A stretch of DNA of 64,000 nucleotides from an uncultured virus (IMG/VR IMGVR_UViG_3300024272_000044) (Duplodnaviria; Heunggongvirae; Uroviricota; Caudoviricetes): the IMG/VR virus record IMGVR_UViG_3300024272_000044. One strand, written 5' to 3'. Every line of letters begins with the position of its first letter. Positions within the stretch are counted from its first letter, which is position 1. Under the pieces are notes generated by a model. The model was not told where the DNA came from, searched no databases, and was given only the letters and a program-made list of their open reading frames with translations. The position numbers and the translations under genes were made by a program. Below are positions 55,615-64,000 of the stretch, piece by piece.

Positions 55615-55737
55615 AAAAGTTATAAAAAAATAATTTTTTCAAAAAAAGTACTTGCATAAAACTGGAAAAAGTTGTATAATGATTTTGTAATCTTAAGAGA
55701 TAAGGTTATAATAAATGAAAAGAAAGGAAACAAGAAA

Positions 55738-56025
55738 ATGAGTACACTAAGAAAACTTGAAAGAGAAGTAATTAGAAATCAGTGTTACAAAAAGAATCAC
55801 AACAAGAAATCTTTTAAACACGAATGGGAGAAATTCCATTATGGAGAAGATGTACTTGATGATGATGGAAATGTAGTTGTTGCTAAAAAAGAAAAAGTCG
55901 AAAAGAAAAAGAAGAGACATTTTGACAATGGTAAAAATTACACAAATTATTTAAAAGCATGGAAATCAATGGTTGAAAACATGAAAACTAACAAATCAAG
56001 CGCAGTAAGAGAAAAAGTATGTTAA
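55738..56025 (+). CDS. Basic hypothetical protein
   Basis: AAAGGA RBS before ATG 55738; promoter ~55652. Confidence 0.7.
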   Translation: MSTLRKLEREVIRNQCYKKNHNKKSFKHEWEKFHYGEDVLDDDGNVVVAKKEKVEKKKKRHFDNGKNYTNYLKAWKSMVENMKTNKSSAVREKVC

Positions 56026-56038
56026 TTAAAACGGAGGA

Positions 56039-57202
56039 ATGAACATGGATAAGAAAGTAATTAAAAGAACAGATTGGGTATCAAATTTTACACTTATTGG
56101 AACGCCAAAAATTAATGAAGAGTACACATTTAAAATCGATGAGCACAGTGAAAAAAGCCAGTGGGTATATAACAGCATGAACCTTGGTATTGATTGTGGA
56201 GAACGTCATGGTGTAATTTACGCAGAAATGATGGGTGGCTATGGAGAAGATAGAGAAAATAAACTTTACAAACATGGCAAGAAAGATGACGGTTCTGACG
56301 ATTTCGAAAAGCAGATTGTTGTAGATTGGGAAGACAGACTTAATGAAAATGTTCTTGAAGAAATTGGAGACCTTTCATTTATCACAGTTGGTCTTGAAAC
56401 TACAGATAAGGGCAAAACTTTCTATAATAAGTTTCTTAGCGAATATGATGCCATCGCATACATCAAAGAACACTTAACAGAAGACATGGTTGTAAATGTC
56501 CGTGGTAATTTAAAATACTCTACATATAACGATGTTACTCAGGTTAGAAAAACAATTACAAGCATTGTACTTAGTAAAGTTGATGACCCATCTAAATATA
56601 CAGCTAAGTTTACTCAGACTGTTTTAATTGATAAAGACTCTGCAAGCCTTAAGAATATCGATAAAGATAAAGGTGTTATGTATGTAGACACAAGAGTTCT
56701 TGATTATGTTAAAGAGGTTAACGGTATTGAAGTAAAAGGTCAGTATCCATTCCCTAAACAGTTTGAATTCGAACTCAACCTTGAAAATGAAAAGCTTTGT
56801 AAAACAATTTTAGATAAATTATTCAAAGTTAAAAAAGATGTTACACAGATTACATTTGACGGTGAATTTGTTGAGGGTGGAGCTGTTGTGACTGCTACAT
56901 GGGACGACATTCCAGATGATATCAAAGGCTTGGTAGAAATGGGATTATATGATAAAGATGAAGCTCTTGCTAGATGTACTGCAAATGGAAGCAAAGAACG
57001 TAGAATGATTCTTAAAAAACCTACTATTAAACTTGTAGGAGAAGATAAAGTACCAGTTGTACAGAAGTTTGAAGAAAAATATACAGAAGAAGATTTAATT
57101 CTTGATTATCTGTATGACTTTAATGAAGCAAAAGATGAAGAAGTTCCATTTAATGAGGATACAGAATCAGACGATAGCATGGATTGGCTTTCAAAATTAT
57201 AA
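56039..57202 (+). CDS. Probable ssDNA-binding protein
   Basis: OB-fold-like segments (VNVRGNLKY), acidic C-terminal tail; near the start of the replication cluster. Confidence 0.55.
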   Translation: MNMDKKVIKRTDWVSNFTLIGTPKINEEYTFKIDEHSEKSQWVYNSMNLGIDCGERHGVIYAEMMGGYGEDRENKLYKHGKKDDGSDDFEKQIVVDWEDRLNENVLEEIGDLSFITVGLETTDKGKTFYNKFLSEYDAIAYIKEHLTEDMVVNVRGNLKYSTYNDVTQVRKTITSIVLSKVDDPSKYTAKFTQTVLIDKDSASLKNIDKDKGVMYVDTRVLDYVKEVNGIEVKGQYPFPKQFEFELNLENEKLCKTILDKLFKVKKDVTQITFDGEFVEGGAVVTATWDDIPDDIKGLVEMGLYDKDEALARCTANGSKERRMILKKPTIKLVGEDKVPVVQKFEEKYTEEDLILDYLYDFNEAKDEEVPFNEDTESDDSMDWLSKL

Positions 57203-57279
57203 TACATAACAAATAAACTTATAAGAGGGATATTAATTTATCCCTCTAACAATTAAAAGAATGAAAAGAGGTATATGAA

Positions 57280-58368
57280 ATGGCAAGAAAATTTGGTAAG
57301 AAAAATCACGTATCACTTAATCCACTTGATGCAAACATCTGTTTATTAGGTCTTCCTAAGATTGGTAAGACAACAATCATGAAAGAAGTTGCAGAAAAAT
57401 TAGTAGGAGATAATTATATCTTTTTAGAAATGTATCGTGAAAATGGTGCAAAATATATCGAAGATATCATTTATGAAGATGTTCCAGATTGGGAAACATT
57501 TGTAGAAATCATTGATGATATTGTTGATAATAGAACAACTGACTATGCTGATTTAAAAGTTGTATTCTTAGATACACTTGATAATGCACTTCAGCTTGCA
57601 GAGCAGGAATCTATTAGATTATGGAACAAAGAAAATCCAGCTAAGAGAACAACTGCAATCAATGCTGCTTGGGGCGGTTATATGAAAGGTCAGGACAAAG
57701 CTATGGAACTTCTTCAGGAACAGCTCTTTAGACTGAGAAATGTTGGAGTTGCATTTAGTGTAATCGGTCATGTCCGTCAGACAACTATTACAGACCCAAT
57801 TACAAATGAATCATATCAGCAGATTACTTCAGATGTATCTCAGAGATACTTCAATCAGCTTAAAAAGAATATTGACTTAGTTGGTATTGCATACATTGAT
57901 AGAGAACTTGTAAAAGGAAAAGTTAATGGTAAGGAAGTTGTTAATGTAAAATCTGAAACAAGAAAAATTAAGTTTAGAGATGACAACTATACAGTAGATA
58001 GCGGAAGCCGTATGAGTCAGATTACTAATGAAATTAACTTTGATGCAGATGAATTTATTGAAGCAATGAAGAATGCTTTAGAAGCCGAAGTGAAAAAAGG
58101 TGGAAAGTCTGTAGAAGACCGCAAAAAAGAAAATGAAAAAGAAGAAGTAGAAAATATGAAACGTCTTGCAGAAGCTGAATCAAAAGCAAAGGCAGAAAAA
58201 GAATTAGAAGAAGTTAAAGCTAAAATTGTTGAATTCTTTGTTGCAAATAAATCAAATATGGATGCCATTAAACCAGCAATGGCGATTTATAAAGAAAAAG
58301 GATTTGGAAATCCAAATGAAATCGATGATTTAAATGTAGCGAAAGAAGTATTAGCTGTTTGTAAATAA
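57280..58368 (+). CDS. AAA ATPase (AAA_24/Sak4-like)
   Basis: GLPKIGKT Walker A, VFLDT Walker B, IGH. Confidence 0.85.
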   Translation: MARKFGKKNHVSLNPLDANICLLGLPKIGKTTIMKEVAEKLVGDNYIFLEMYRENGAKYIEDIIYEDVPDWETFVEIIDDIVDNRTTDYADLKVVFLDTLDNALQLAEQESIRLWNKENPAKRTTAINAAWGGYMKGQDKAMELLQEQLFRLRNVGVAFSVIGHVRQTTITDPITNESYQQITSDVSQRYFNQLKKNIDLVGIAYIDRELVKGKVNGKEVVNVKSETRKIKFRDDNYTVDSGSRMSQITNEINFDADEFIEAMKNALEAEVKKGGKSVEDRKKENEKEEVENMKRLAEAESKAKAEKELEEVKAKIVEFFVANKSNMDAIKPAMAIYKEKGFGNPNEIDDLNVAKEVLAVCK

Positions 58369-58434
58369 TAAACATACACCCTGCGACCATATAGTCGCAG
58401 GGTTATAAAATAAATAATGGATAGGAGTGAGAAC

Positions 58435-59091
58435 ATGGCAAAACCTAATGATTTGACTGGTAAAAAATTTGGTTTGCTCACGGTAACTGGAAGAGCGCCA
58501 AACGATAAAAGGCATGTTGTTTGGTATTGTGACTGCGAATGTGGCACAAAAGACTTCGCTGTTCGTGGTAGCGACCTAAATCAAAAACGTGTTAAGTCTT
58601 GTGGATGCAAAAAAGAAGAAGATGTTAAACCAGAGAAAAAAGTAAAAAAGATGTCTGATAAAGATAATAAAGATTGGGATGAGCTTTATCAATATGTAAA
58701 GGTTAATATTATGGGATATGACCCTAAACAAGCATTATCTCAAAAAATGGCTCTTAGATTAAAAGGATTATTAACCAATAAGTTTATGGAGAATAATAAT
58801 ACTAAATCTACTGCCGATTATTCATATCAGACTATTCTGAACACTTTTAAATTTTGCTCTCCAACTATTCATAATGTTTTTAGAACAAGCAGATTTAATG
58901 ATGAAATGCATAGATTTAATGTTGCCTTAAAAATTGTAGAACAAAATATTAATGATATATACATCAGAATGAAAAATGTTGAAAAGGCAAAAGAAGAAGC
59001 AAAAAATACAACAGTAGAAATTGTGAATCATGTTGGGGTTGAATATAAACCAAAAGAAAAGAAGAAAGATAGATTTTCGAATTTATGGTAG
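58435..59091 (+). CDS. Hypothetical replication-region protein with N-terminal homing-endonuclease-associated Cys domain
   Basis: DLTGKKFGLLTV...WYCDCECG...SCGC N-terminus. Confidence 0.6.
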   Translation: MAKPNDLTGKKFGLLTVTGRAPNDKRHVVWYCDCECGTKDFAVRGSDLNQKRVKSCGCKKEEDVKPEKKVKKMSDKDNKDWDELYQYVKVNIMGYDPKQALSQKMALRLKGLLTNKFMENNNTKSTADYSYQTILNTFKFCSPTIHNVFRTSRFNDEMHRFNVALKIVEQNINDIYIRMKNVEKAKEEAKNTTVEIVNHVGVEYKPKEKKKDRFSNLW

Positions 59092-59100
59092 GAGAGAATA

Positions 59101-60582
59101 ATGGCAGAAAAAAATAATAAACCGACTCCATTTGAAAAACAGCAGGCGGAAGCTGCGAAACAAATTCTTGAATACAAATTAGGTGACGAAGCATCTATTG
59201 TTTCAATGATATATAAAAATCCAGATTTGTTAAGAGAAACAAATTTAACTATAAATGACTTTCACCACAATTGTTGGAAGGTATACTTTGAAATAGCAAG
59301 AGATATGATTATTAACGAGAAAAAGGTAACGTTATCTGAAGTAGATATCGGCTTGTATTTAGATAAGCATTCTCAGTTAGCAGACAAGTATTATAATGAA
59401 TATGGCGGATATCAGACCATTGAAAATGCAACCGCTTATATTCAAGAAGAAAACTTTGAAAGTTATGTAACAGATTTAAGAAAGTGGAATACAGTTGCTA
59501 AATTAATTAAATATGGATTTCCTTGTGATAAAAAGAGACTTAGTGAAATTTGTGATATGTCAACAGAAGAACTGTATGACGAATATACAGTTTATTTAAA
59601 TGATATTTTTGCCAATGTAGACAACAACATCAAATCATATAATGGTTTTGATGGCATGAAAAATTTAATCGAAGAGTTAGACGCTGGTAAGAATGTTGGA
59701 ATCCCATTTAAAAATTGCAAAATATTAAATGCTGAAACTGGTGGTATGTTAGGTGGTAACATTATAGGATTTGGAGCATCGAGCGGTGTTGGTAAATCTA
59801 CTTTAAGCATTAACTATATATTCCCAACAATAATGGATAAAGACCTAAGAGCTTTATTTATTATCAATGAAGAAGACCAAAATAAGTTTAAAAAAGAAGC
59901 GATTGTTTGGTATTGTTCAAATATTTTAAAACATCCAATACCTAAAAGAATCCTTAGAGATGGCGGATTTGATAAGGAGACTAAAGAGGTTTTATATAAA
60001 GCAGCTGAATGGTTTGAAAGCTTAAAAGAAAGAAAAAATATAACAATTATCCCATTAGAACAGTATACCGCAAAAACTGTTGTAAAGTTAATTAAAAAAT
60101 ATTCTAAAATGGGAGTTGATGTTATAGTATTGGATACATTAAAAGAAAGTTACGATTCTCGTGATAAAGAGTCTTGGAAATCTCTTATGACAGATTGCGT
60201 AGATTTTTATGATTGTATCAAACATACAGATACTTGTATGGTTATTACATATCAGCTTGTAAAAAATAAAAGTAAATACCTTACAAATTCAGATATTGGT
60301 GTTTCTAAAGGTATATTAGACGTATTTAGTGTTAATGTATTTTTTAGAAGACCGCTCCAAACAGAGTATGAGGGTGGCAAAGATGAGCTGTATTGCTATA
60401 ACCCAATCAAAAACAGTAGTAGTAACGTTGAGTTTAGACTGAAAAAAGATAAACATTATATGATTGGCTTTATAAGCAAAAACAGACATGGTATGAGTGA
60501 TGTTCAGATTATTAGCGAGGCAGATTTTTCAATAAATAAATACGAAGACTTAGGTTATTGTAACGTAATTCAAGATTATTAA
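59101..60582 (+). CDS. DnaB-like replicative helicase
   Basis: ASSGVGKS Walker A, VLDT, TYQL and KNRHG motifs. Confidence 0.9.
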   Translation: MAEKNNKPTPFEKQQAEAAKQILEYKLGDEASIVSMIYKNPDLLRETNLTINDFHHNCWKVYFEIARDMIINEKKVTLSEVDIGLYLDKHSQLADKYYNEYGGYQTIENATAYIQEENFESYVTDLRKWNTVAKLIKYGFPCDKKRLSEICDMSTEELYDEYTVYLNDIFANVDNNIKSYNGFDGMKNLIEELDAGKNVGIPFKNCKILNAETGGMLGGNIIGFGASSGVGKSTLSINYIFPTIMDKDLRALFIINEEDQNKFKKEAIVWYCSNILKHPIPKRILRDGGFDKETKEVLYKAAEWFESLKERKNITIIPLEQYTAKTVVKLIKKYSKMGVDVIVLDTLKESYDSRDKESWKSLMTDCVDFYDCIKHTDTCMVITYQLVKNKSKYLTNSDIGVSKGILDVFSVNVFFRRPLQTEYEGGKDELYCYNPIKNSSSNVEFRLKKDKHYMIGFISKNRHGMSDVQIISEADFSINKYEDLGYCNVIQDY

Positions 60583-60606
60583 AATAAGGATGTAGGGTAG
60601 AAGATT

Positions 60607-61680
60607 ATGACAATTGGTGAATTAAAAGAGTATATTTGGAAAAATAAAAAAATAGAATATATCTTAGAGGAAATTGGTTGTCACAGTATAGTTTATCATC
60701 CTAAAAAAGAATTTTATTCATGTGGTAATTTTAATGGCGATAACAAAGGCGCTATTAATGTAAGAAATAACGAGTATTTGAGCGTAACAAATTGGACTAG
60801 AGAAAAAGAGTTTGGCGAAGGTTCTGACATTGTAACTCTAGTCCAATATAATAAAAATATGTCTATTATTGAGGCAATTAAATATATACATAATATTCTT
60901 GGGATTAAATATGAATATAAAAGAGCGGAAAAGCCCAAGAAAAAATTCGACCCTCTTGAAGTATTTAAGCGTGCTTGTGGTAAAAAAAGAACAATAGATG
61001 TTGATGATATTCATATTTTAGATGATAAACTAATGAATGATTATATTCCAATGTTGCATATTGACTGGTTAAGAGAGGGTATAACAGAAAAGACCAGAAA
61101 GAAATTTGCTCTGGCTTATAGTTATAAATATAAACGTGTAATTATTCCTATGAAATATTGGCTTACTGGTGAGCTGCTTGGTTTTAATCAGAGAACTACG
61201 GTAGAAAACTATAATGAATTTGGGATTAAAAAATATTTTATTACACCAACATATCCAAAGCTATTAAATTTATACGGATTATATGAAAACAGCGAATCAA
61301 TTAAAAAGGCTGGTTATGTGGTTGTATATGAAGCAGAAAAAAGCGTTTTAAAAAGAGATAGTTTGTTTGATGAAACTGGCGTGGCATTATCTGGTCACAC
61401 GTTGAGTGACGAACAGATAAATATTCTTTGGGGCTTAAATGTAGAAATAGTGATAGCTATGGATAAAGACATTAGAGACGAAGAAGTATGGCATATGTGC
61501 GAAAAATTTTGGAGAGGCAGAAAAGTAAGCTACATTAAAGATAAATGGGATATCTTATCTGCTAAAGATAGTCCAGCAGATGCGCGTGATAAAGATTTCC
61601 AATATCTGTTTGATAACAGAATTGTTTATGATACAACGCAACATGAAAAATATGAGAAGAGTTTAAAAAAGAGGTTTTAA
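60607..61680 (+). CDS. DNA primase (TOPRIM)
   Basis: RVIIP, NLYGL, YEAEKS and AMDKD motifs; follows helicase. Confidence 0.88.
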   Translation: MTIGELKEYIWKNKKIEYILEEIGCHSIVYHPKKEFYSCGNFNGDNKGAINVRNNEYLSVTNWTREKEFGEGSDIVTLVQYNKNMSIIEAIKYIHNILGIKYEYKRAEKPKKKFDPLEVFKRACGKKRTIDVDDIHILDDKLMNDYIPMLHIDWLREGITEKTRKKFALAYSYKYKRVIIPMKYWLTGELLGFNQRTTVENYNEFGIKKYFITPTYPKLLNLYGLYENSESIKKAGYVVVYEAEKSVLKRDSLFDETGVALSGHTLSDEQINILWGLNVEIVIAMDKDIRDEEVWHMCEKFWRGRKVSYIKDKWDILSAKDSPADARDKDFQYLFDNRIVYDTTQHEKYEKSLKKRF

Positions 61681-61683
61681 AAA

Positions 61684-61881
61684 ATGAATGAAAAGAAATT
61701 AATTAGAAATGCAATTAAGTGTAATCATTGTGTAGAAGTAATTGAGTCCAAACATAGACACGATTTTGTAGAATGCAAATGTGGAACTGTATATGTAGAT
61801 GGTGGTTTGGATTATTCAAGAGTTGGATTTAAAAATTCACCAGATGATTTTACAGATATGTGTGAATATAAAGATATTTAA
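61684..61881 (+). CDS. Small Zn-ribbon protein
   Basis: CNHC...HRHDFVECKCG.V.VDGG. Confidence 0.75.
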   Translation: MNEKKLIRNAIKCNHCVEVIESKHRHDFVECKCGTVYVDGGLDYSRVGFKNSPDDFTDMCEYKDI

Positions 61882-61967
61882 TACTATATATAGTGTATTA
61901 TTAAAAATAACGACACAATATATTGTGTTTAAAAGGCAATAAAATGGTGATTTTAAGGGGTGATATT

Positions 61968-62237
61968 ATGGATAATAGAATGAATGTACAAGCAAAAGTA
62001 AACAATATGAAAGACCATGTTGTTGGTTATAAATACAGACATTTTAAAGGAAATATTTATTTTGTTATGAATATTGCTGTGCATAGTGAAACAGCAGAAC
62101 CAATGATTATTTATAAAAGTGTTGACAATCCAGATTGTGTATGGTGTAGACCATTGGATATGTTCATGTCAGAAGTAGACCATGAAAAATATCCAGATGT
62201 AAAACAGAAAATGAGATTTGAAAAAATTATGGAGTAA
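61968..62237 (+). CDS. DUF1653 family protein
   Basis: YRHFKG..Y...A.HSET.E...Y...W.RP..MF.S.VD. Confidence 0.85.
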   Translation: MDNRMNVQAKVNNMKDHVVGYKYRHFKGNIYFVMNIAVHSETAEPMIIYKSVDNPDCVWCRPLDMFMSEVDHEKYPDVKQKMRFEKIME

Positions 62238-62242
62238 GTATT

Positions 62243-62617
62243 ATGTACGAATACCAAGCTACAATAACAAATATTGTTGATGGCGATACATTTGATATGG
62301 ATATTGATTTAGGTTTTAATATTCATGTCCATGAAAGAGTTAGATTATTAGATGTTGATACACCAGAAAAATTTGGTGAAGAAAAAATTCTTGGTTTAAT
62401 AGTAAAAAAATATGCAGAAGAAAATTTCTTATATAAAGATGTTATTATTAAATCAGAGAAAAATGACGAGGCAGCCGATACAGATAGTTTTGGCAGATGG
62501 CTCGTAAAAGTTATTATGCGTGACGGCAGAGAAATCAGTGAGATTTACAATAATCTTGGCGTTAATAAAATATATAGTGACTATGATAAAGATAACGTAT
62601 TAGCGTTGGAAATGTAA
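62243..62617 (+). CDS. Thermonuclease (SNase-like)
   Basis: VDGDT, VRLLDVDTPE and DSFGRWL motifs. Confidence 0.9.
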   Translation: MYEYQATITNIVDGDTFDMDIDLGFNIHVHERVRLLDVDTPEKFGEEKILGLIVKKYAEENFLYKDVIIKSEKNDEAADTDSFGRWLVKVIMRDGREISEIYNNLGVNKIYSDYDKDNVLALEM

Positions 62618-62692
62618 TTTTTTCCAAAAAACATATTGACAAATATAACTAATAATGTTATAATAAAACAAATAAATAAAAGAGGTAAATGA

Positions 62693-63874
62693 ATGGCTAG
62701 ATTAACGAGTGAGCAGTTACAGGCTCTTATGAAAAAAGAAGGCGTTGACCGTATTTGGTCATGGTCTAAAATTAATTGTTTTCATACAAGTCCGTATGAA
62801 TATTATTTAAAATATATTAAAAAAGCAAAAGAAGATAGAGCAAACTCTATTTATACGACAACTGGTGGTTTGGCACATGATATCTTAGAAAAGTTTTATA
62901 CAAATCAAATTGAATATAGCGACATGATTGGTCAGTTTGAAGATGGTTGGACAGTTGCTGTTAATATCGCTGACTTAAAATTTGATAGAACAGATGAAGA
63001 AAAAAATACGAAAATTAAAGATAAGTATTATGAAAATTTAGTTCACTTCTTTAATAATCATACGGTATTAAAGCAGAAACCAATTATTGAACAGTTTGTA
63101 AAAATCATGATTGATGGCAACTTATTTCAAGGATATATCGACTGTGCTTTTAGAGACGAAGATGATTGTATTAATATCGTGGACTTTAAAACATCTAGTA
63201 TTTATAAGGGTGCAAAAGCAGAGAATGAATGTGGTCAGTTGGTATTATATGCAATTGGATTGCATCAGCAGGGTATACCAATGGATAAGATTAAAATCTG
63301 TTGGAACTTCTTAAAATATGTAACTATTCAGTATGAGCAGAAAAATGGTGCTATTAAAACAAGAGAATCAGAACGTTGTAAAATTGGAGAAAGTCTACAG
63401 AGTAATGCAAAAACTTGGTTGAAACATTTTGGATATGAACCAGATAAATATCTAAAAGAACTACTTGATACAAATGATATTACTTGTCTTCCAGAAGAAG
63501 TAAGAGCAAAATACGTGATTTCAGATTGTTATGTTTATGTTGATTTAGTAGAGAAGCTGATTGAGAAATGGACTACTCATGTATCAACAACTATTAAAGA
63601 TATTGAACTTAGAGAAGCCGATTATAGAGAGGCTCATAGTGATAGATGTTTCTGGGATACTGATGAATCTGTAAAAGAACAGAGTTATTACTTCGCAAAC
63701 TTATGTGGTTATAGTAGAAGTCTTCATAAACCATATGATGAATATTGTAATAGACTTGAAGCATCTCAAAACAACAATGATATGTTTGGTGGGCTTTTAG
63801 GCAATAGTGTTCCTACAAGTAGCAACGTTATAGATAATAAAGATGTTGATTTAAGCTGGCTTGATAATATTTAA
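62693..63874 (+). CDS. PD-(D/E)XK nuclease (AddB/Cas4-like superfamily)
   Basis: SWSKI, GYID, IVDFKT and QLVLYA motifs. Confidence 0.85.
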   Translation: MARLTSEQLQALMKKEGVDRIWSWSKINCFHTSPYEYYLKYIKKAKEDRANSIYTTTGGLAHDILEKFYTNQIEYSDMIGQFEDGWTVAVNIADLKFDRTDEEKNTKIKDKYYENLVHFFNNHTVLKQKPIIEQFVKIMIDGNLFQGYIDCAFRDEDDCINIVDFKTSSIYKGAKAENECGQLVLYAIGLHQQGIPMDKIKICWNFLKYVTIQYEQKNGAIKTRESERCKIGESLQSNAKTWLKHFGYEPDKYLKELLDTNDITCLPEEVRAKYVISDCYVYVDLVEKLIEKWTTHVSTTIKDIELREADYREAHSDRCFWDTDESVKEQSYYFANLCGYSRSLHKPYDEYCNRLEASQNNNDMFGGLLGNSVPTSSNVIDNKDVDLSWLDNI

Positions 63875-63887
63875 TGAGGTAATTAAT

Positions 63888-64000
63888 ATGGAATGGAATG
63901 TATATCACCATAATATTAATAAGAAAAAAATTGAAGCTTATAATATTTTTGACCATTATAGTTTTTGCAAAAATGTAAAAAAGGCTGCAAGAGAATGTTT
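63888..64000 (+). CDS. Partial hypothetical protein
   Basis: GAGGT RBS, ATG, open to window end. Confidence 0.6.
   Translation, partial: MEWNVYHHNINKKKIEAYNIFDHYSFCKNVKKAAREC

Larger units (their letters stand above)
28319..61955. repeat. TAAAA-N6-TTTTA(AG(T/A)GG) gene-junction sites, 29 exact plus 3 variant copies
   Basis: Starts at 28319, 28707, 29039, 29354, 29766, 37802, 38070, 38265, 38492, 38822v, 39061, 39340v, 39735v, 40524, 40773, 41016, 41941, 44420, 44729, 45248, 46257, 46517, 46711, 46979, 47284, 47502, 47709, 47929, 48147, 48513, 49443, 61940 (v = variant). Confidence 0.93.
13492..62665 (+). promoter_or_regulatory. Family of about 30 near-consensus sigmaA promoters (TACTTGACA-17-TATAAT-like)
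   Basis: -35 boxes near 13492, 13899, 14604, 15090, 15768, 16424, 17103, 17448, 17918, 18484, 19069, 19614, 20093, 20943, 21260, 22394, 23624, 24777, 25232, 26376, 26693, 27430, 30160, 30658, 31157, 32213, 33698, 34213, 37186, 45290, 62636. Confidence 0.9.

Noticed and set aside
62693..63874. Cas4 of a CRISPR system
   Set aside because: Generic PD-(D/E)XK nuclease in the replication module; no cas1/cas2 or true array

Overview
AT-rich segment of a large tailed phage of a low-GC Firmicute (probably Clostridia; host inferred from promoter and RBS style), with gene order resembling Bacillus phage SPbeta. Minus strand (1-10.1 kb): start of the packaging operon (terminase large and small, probable portal start), a metallophosphoesterase, eight tRNA genes plus a structured RNA candidate, an HU-like protein, a YonO-like single-subunit RNA polymerase (FDVDGD) and a winged-helix protein. 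Plus strand (10.6-35 kb): an early region of self-contained promoter-ORF-terminator units separated by about 60-70 copies of a ~29-bp A/T-tract repeat, spaced at 47-48 or 55-58 bp. The 10.5-23.2 kb core is bracketed by mirror-image G-rich and C-rich tracts, a DnaA-box cluster and a ~140-bp inverted repeat pair. From 28 to 50 kb, small ORFs are separated by 32 TAAAA-N6-TTTTA sites that look like tyrosine-recombinase core sites, near a tyrosine recombinase gene. The window ends with metabolic genes (IscS, FolD) and a replication module (probable SSB, AAA ATPase, DnaB, primase, nucleases). Top candidates for novelty: (1) an integron-like gene-cassette array; (2) an 8-nt translational bypass in the terminase large subunit; (3) helically phased repeat arrays between early units; (4) a promoter-driven sRNA antisense to early-gene leaders; (5) a nested architecture suggesting a long terminal repeat. 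Positions and counts were read by eye and may be off by a few bases; no database searches were run.
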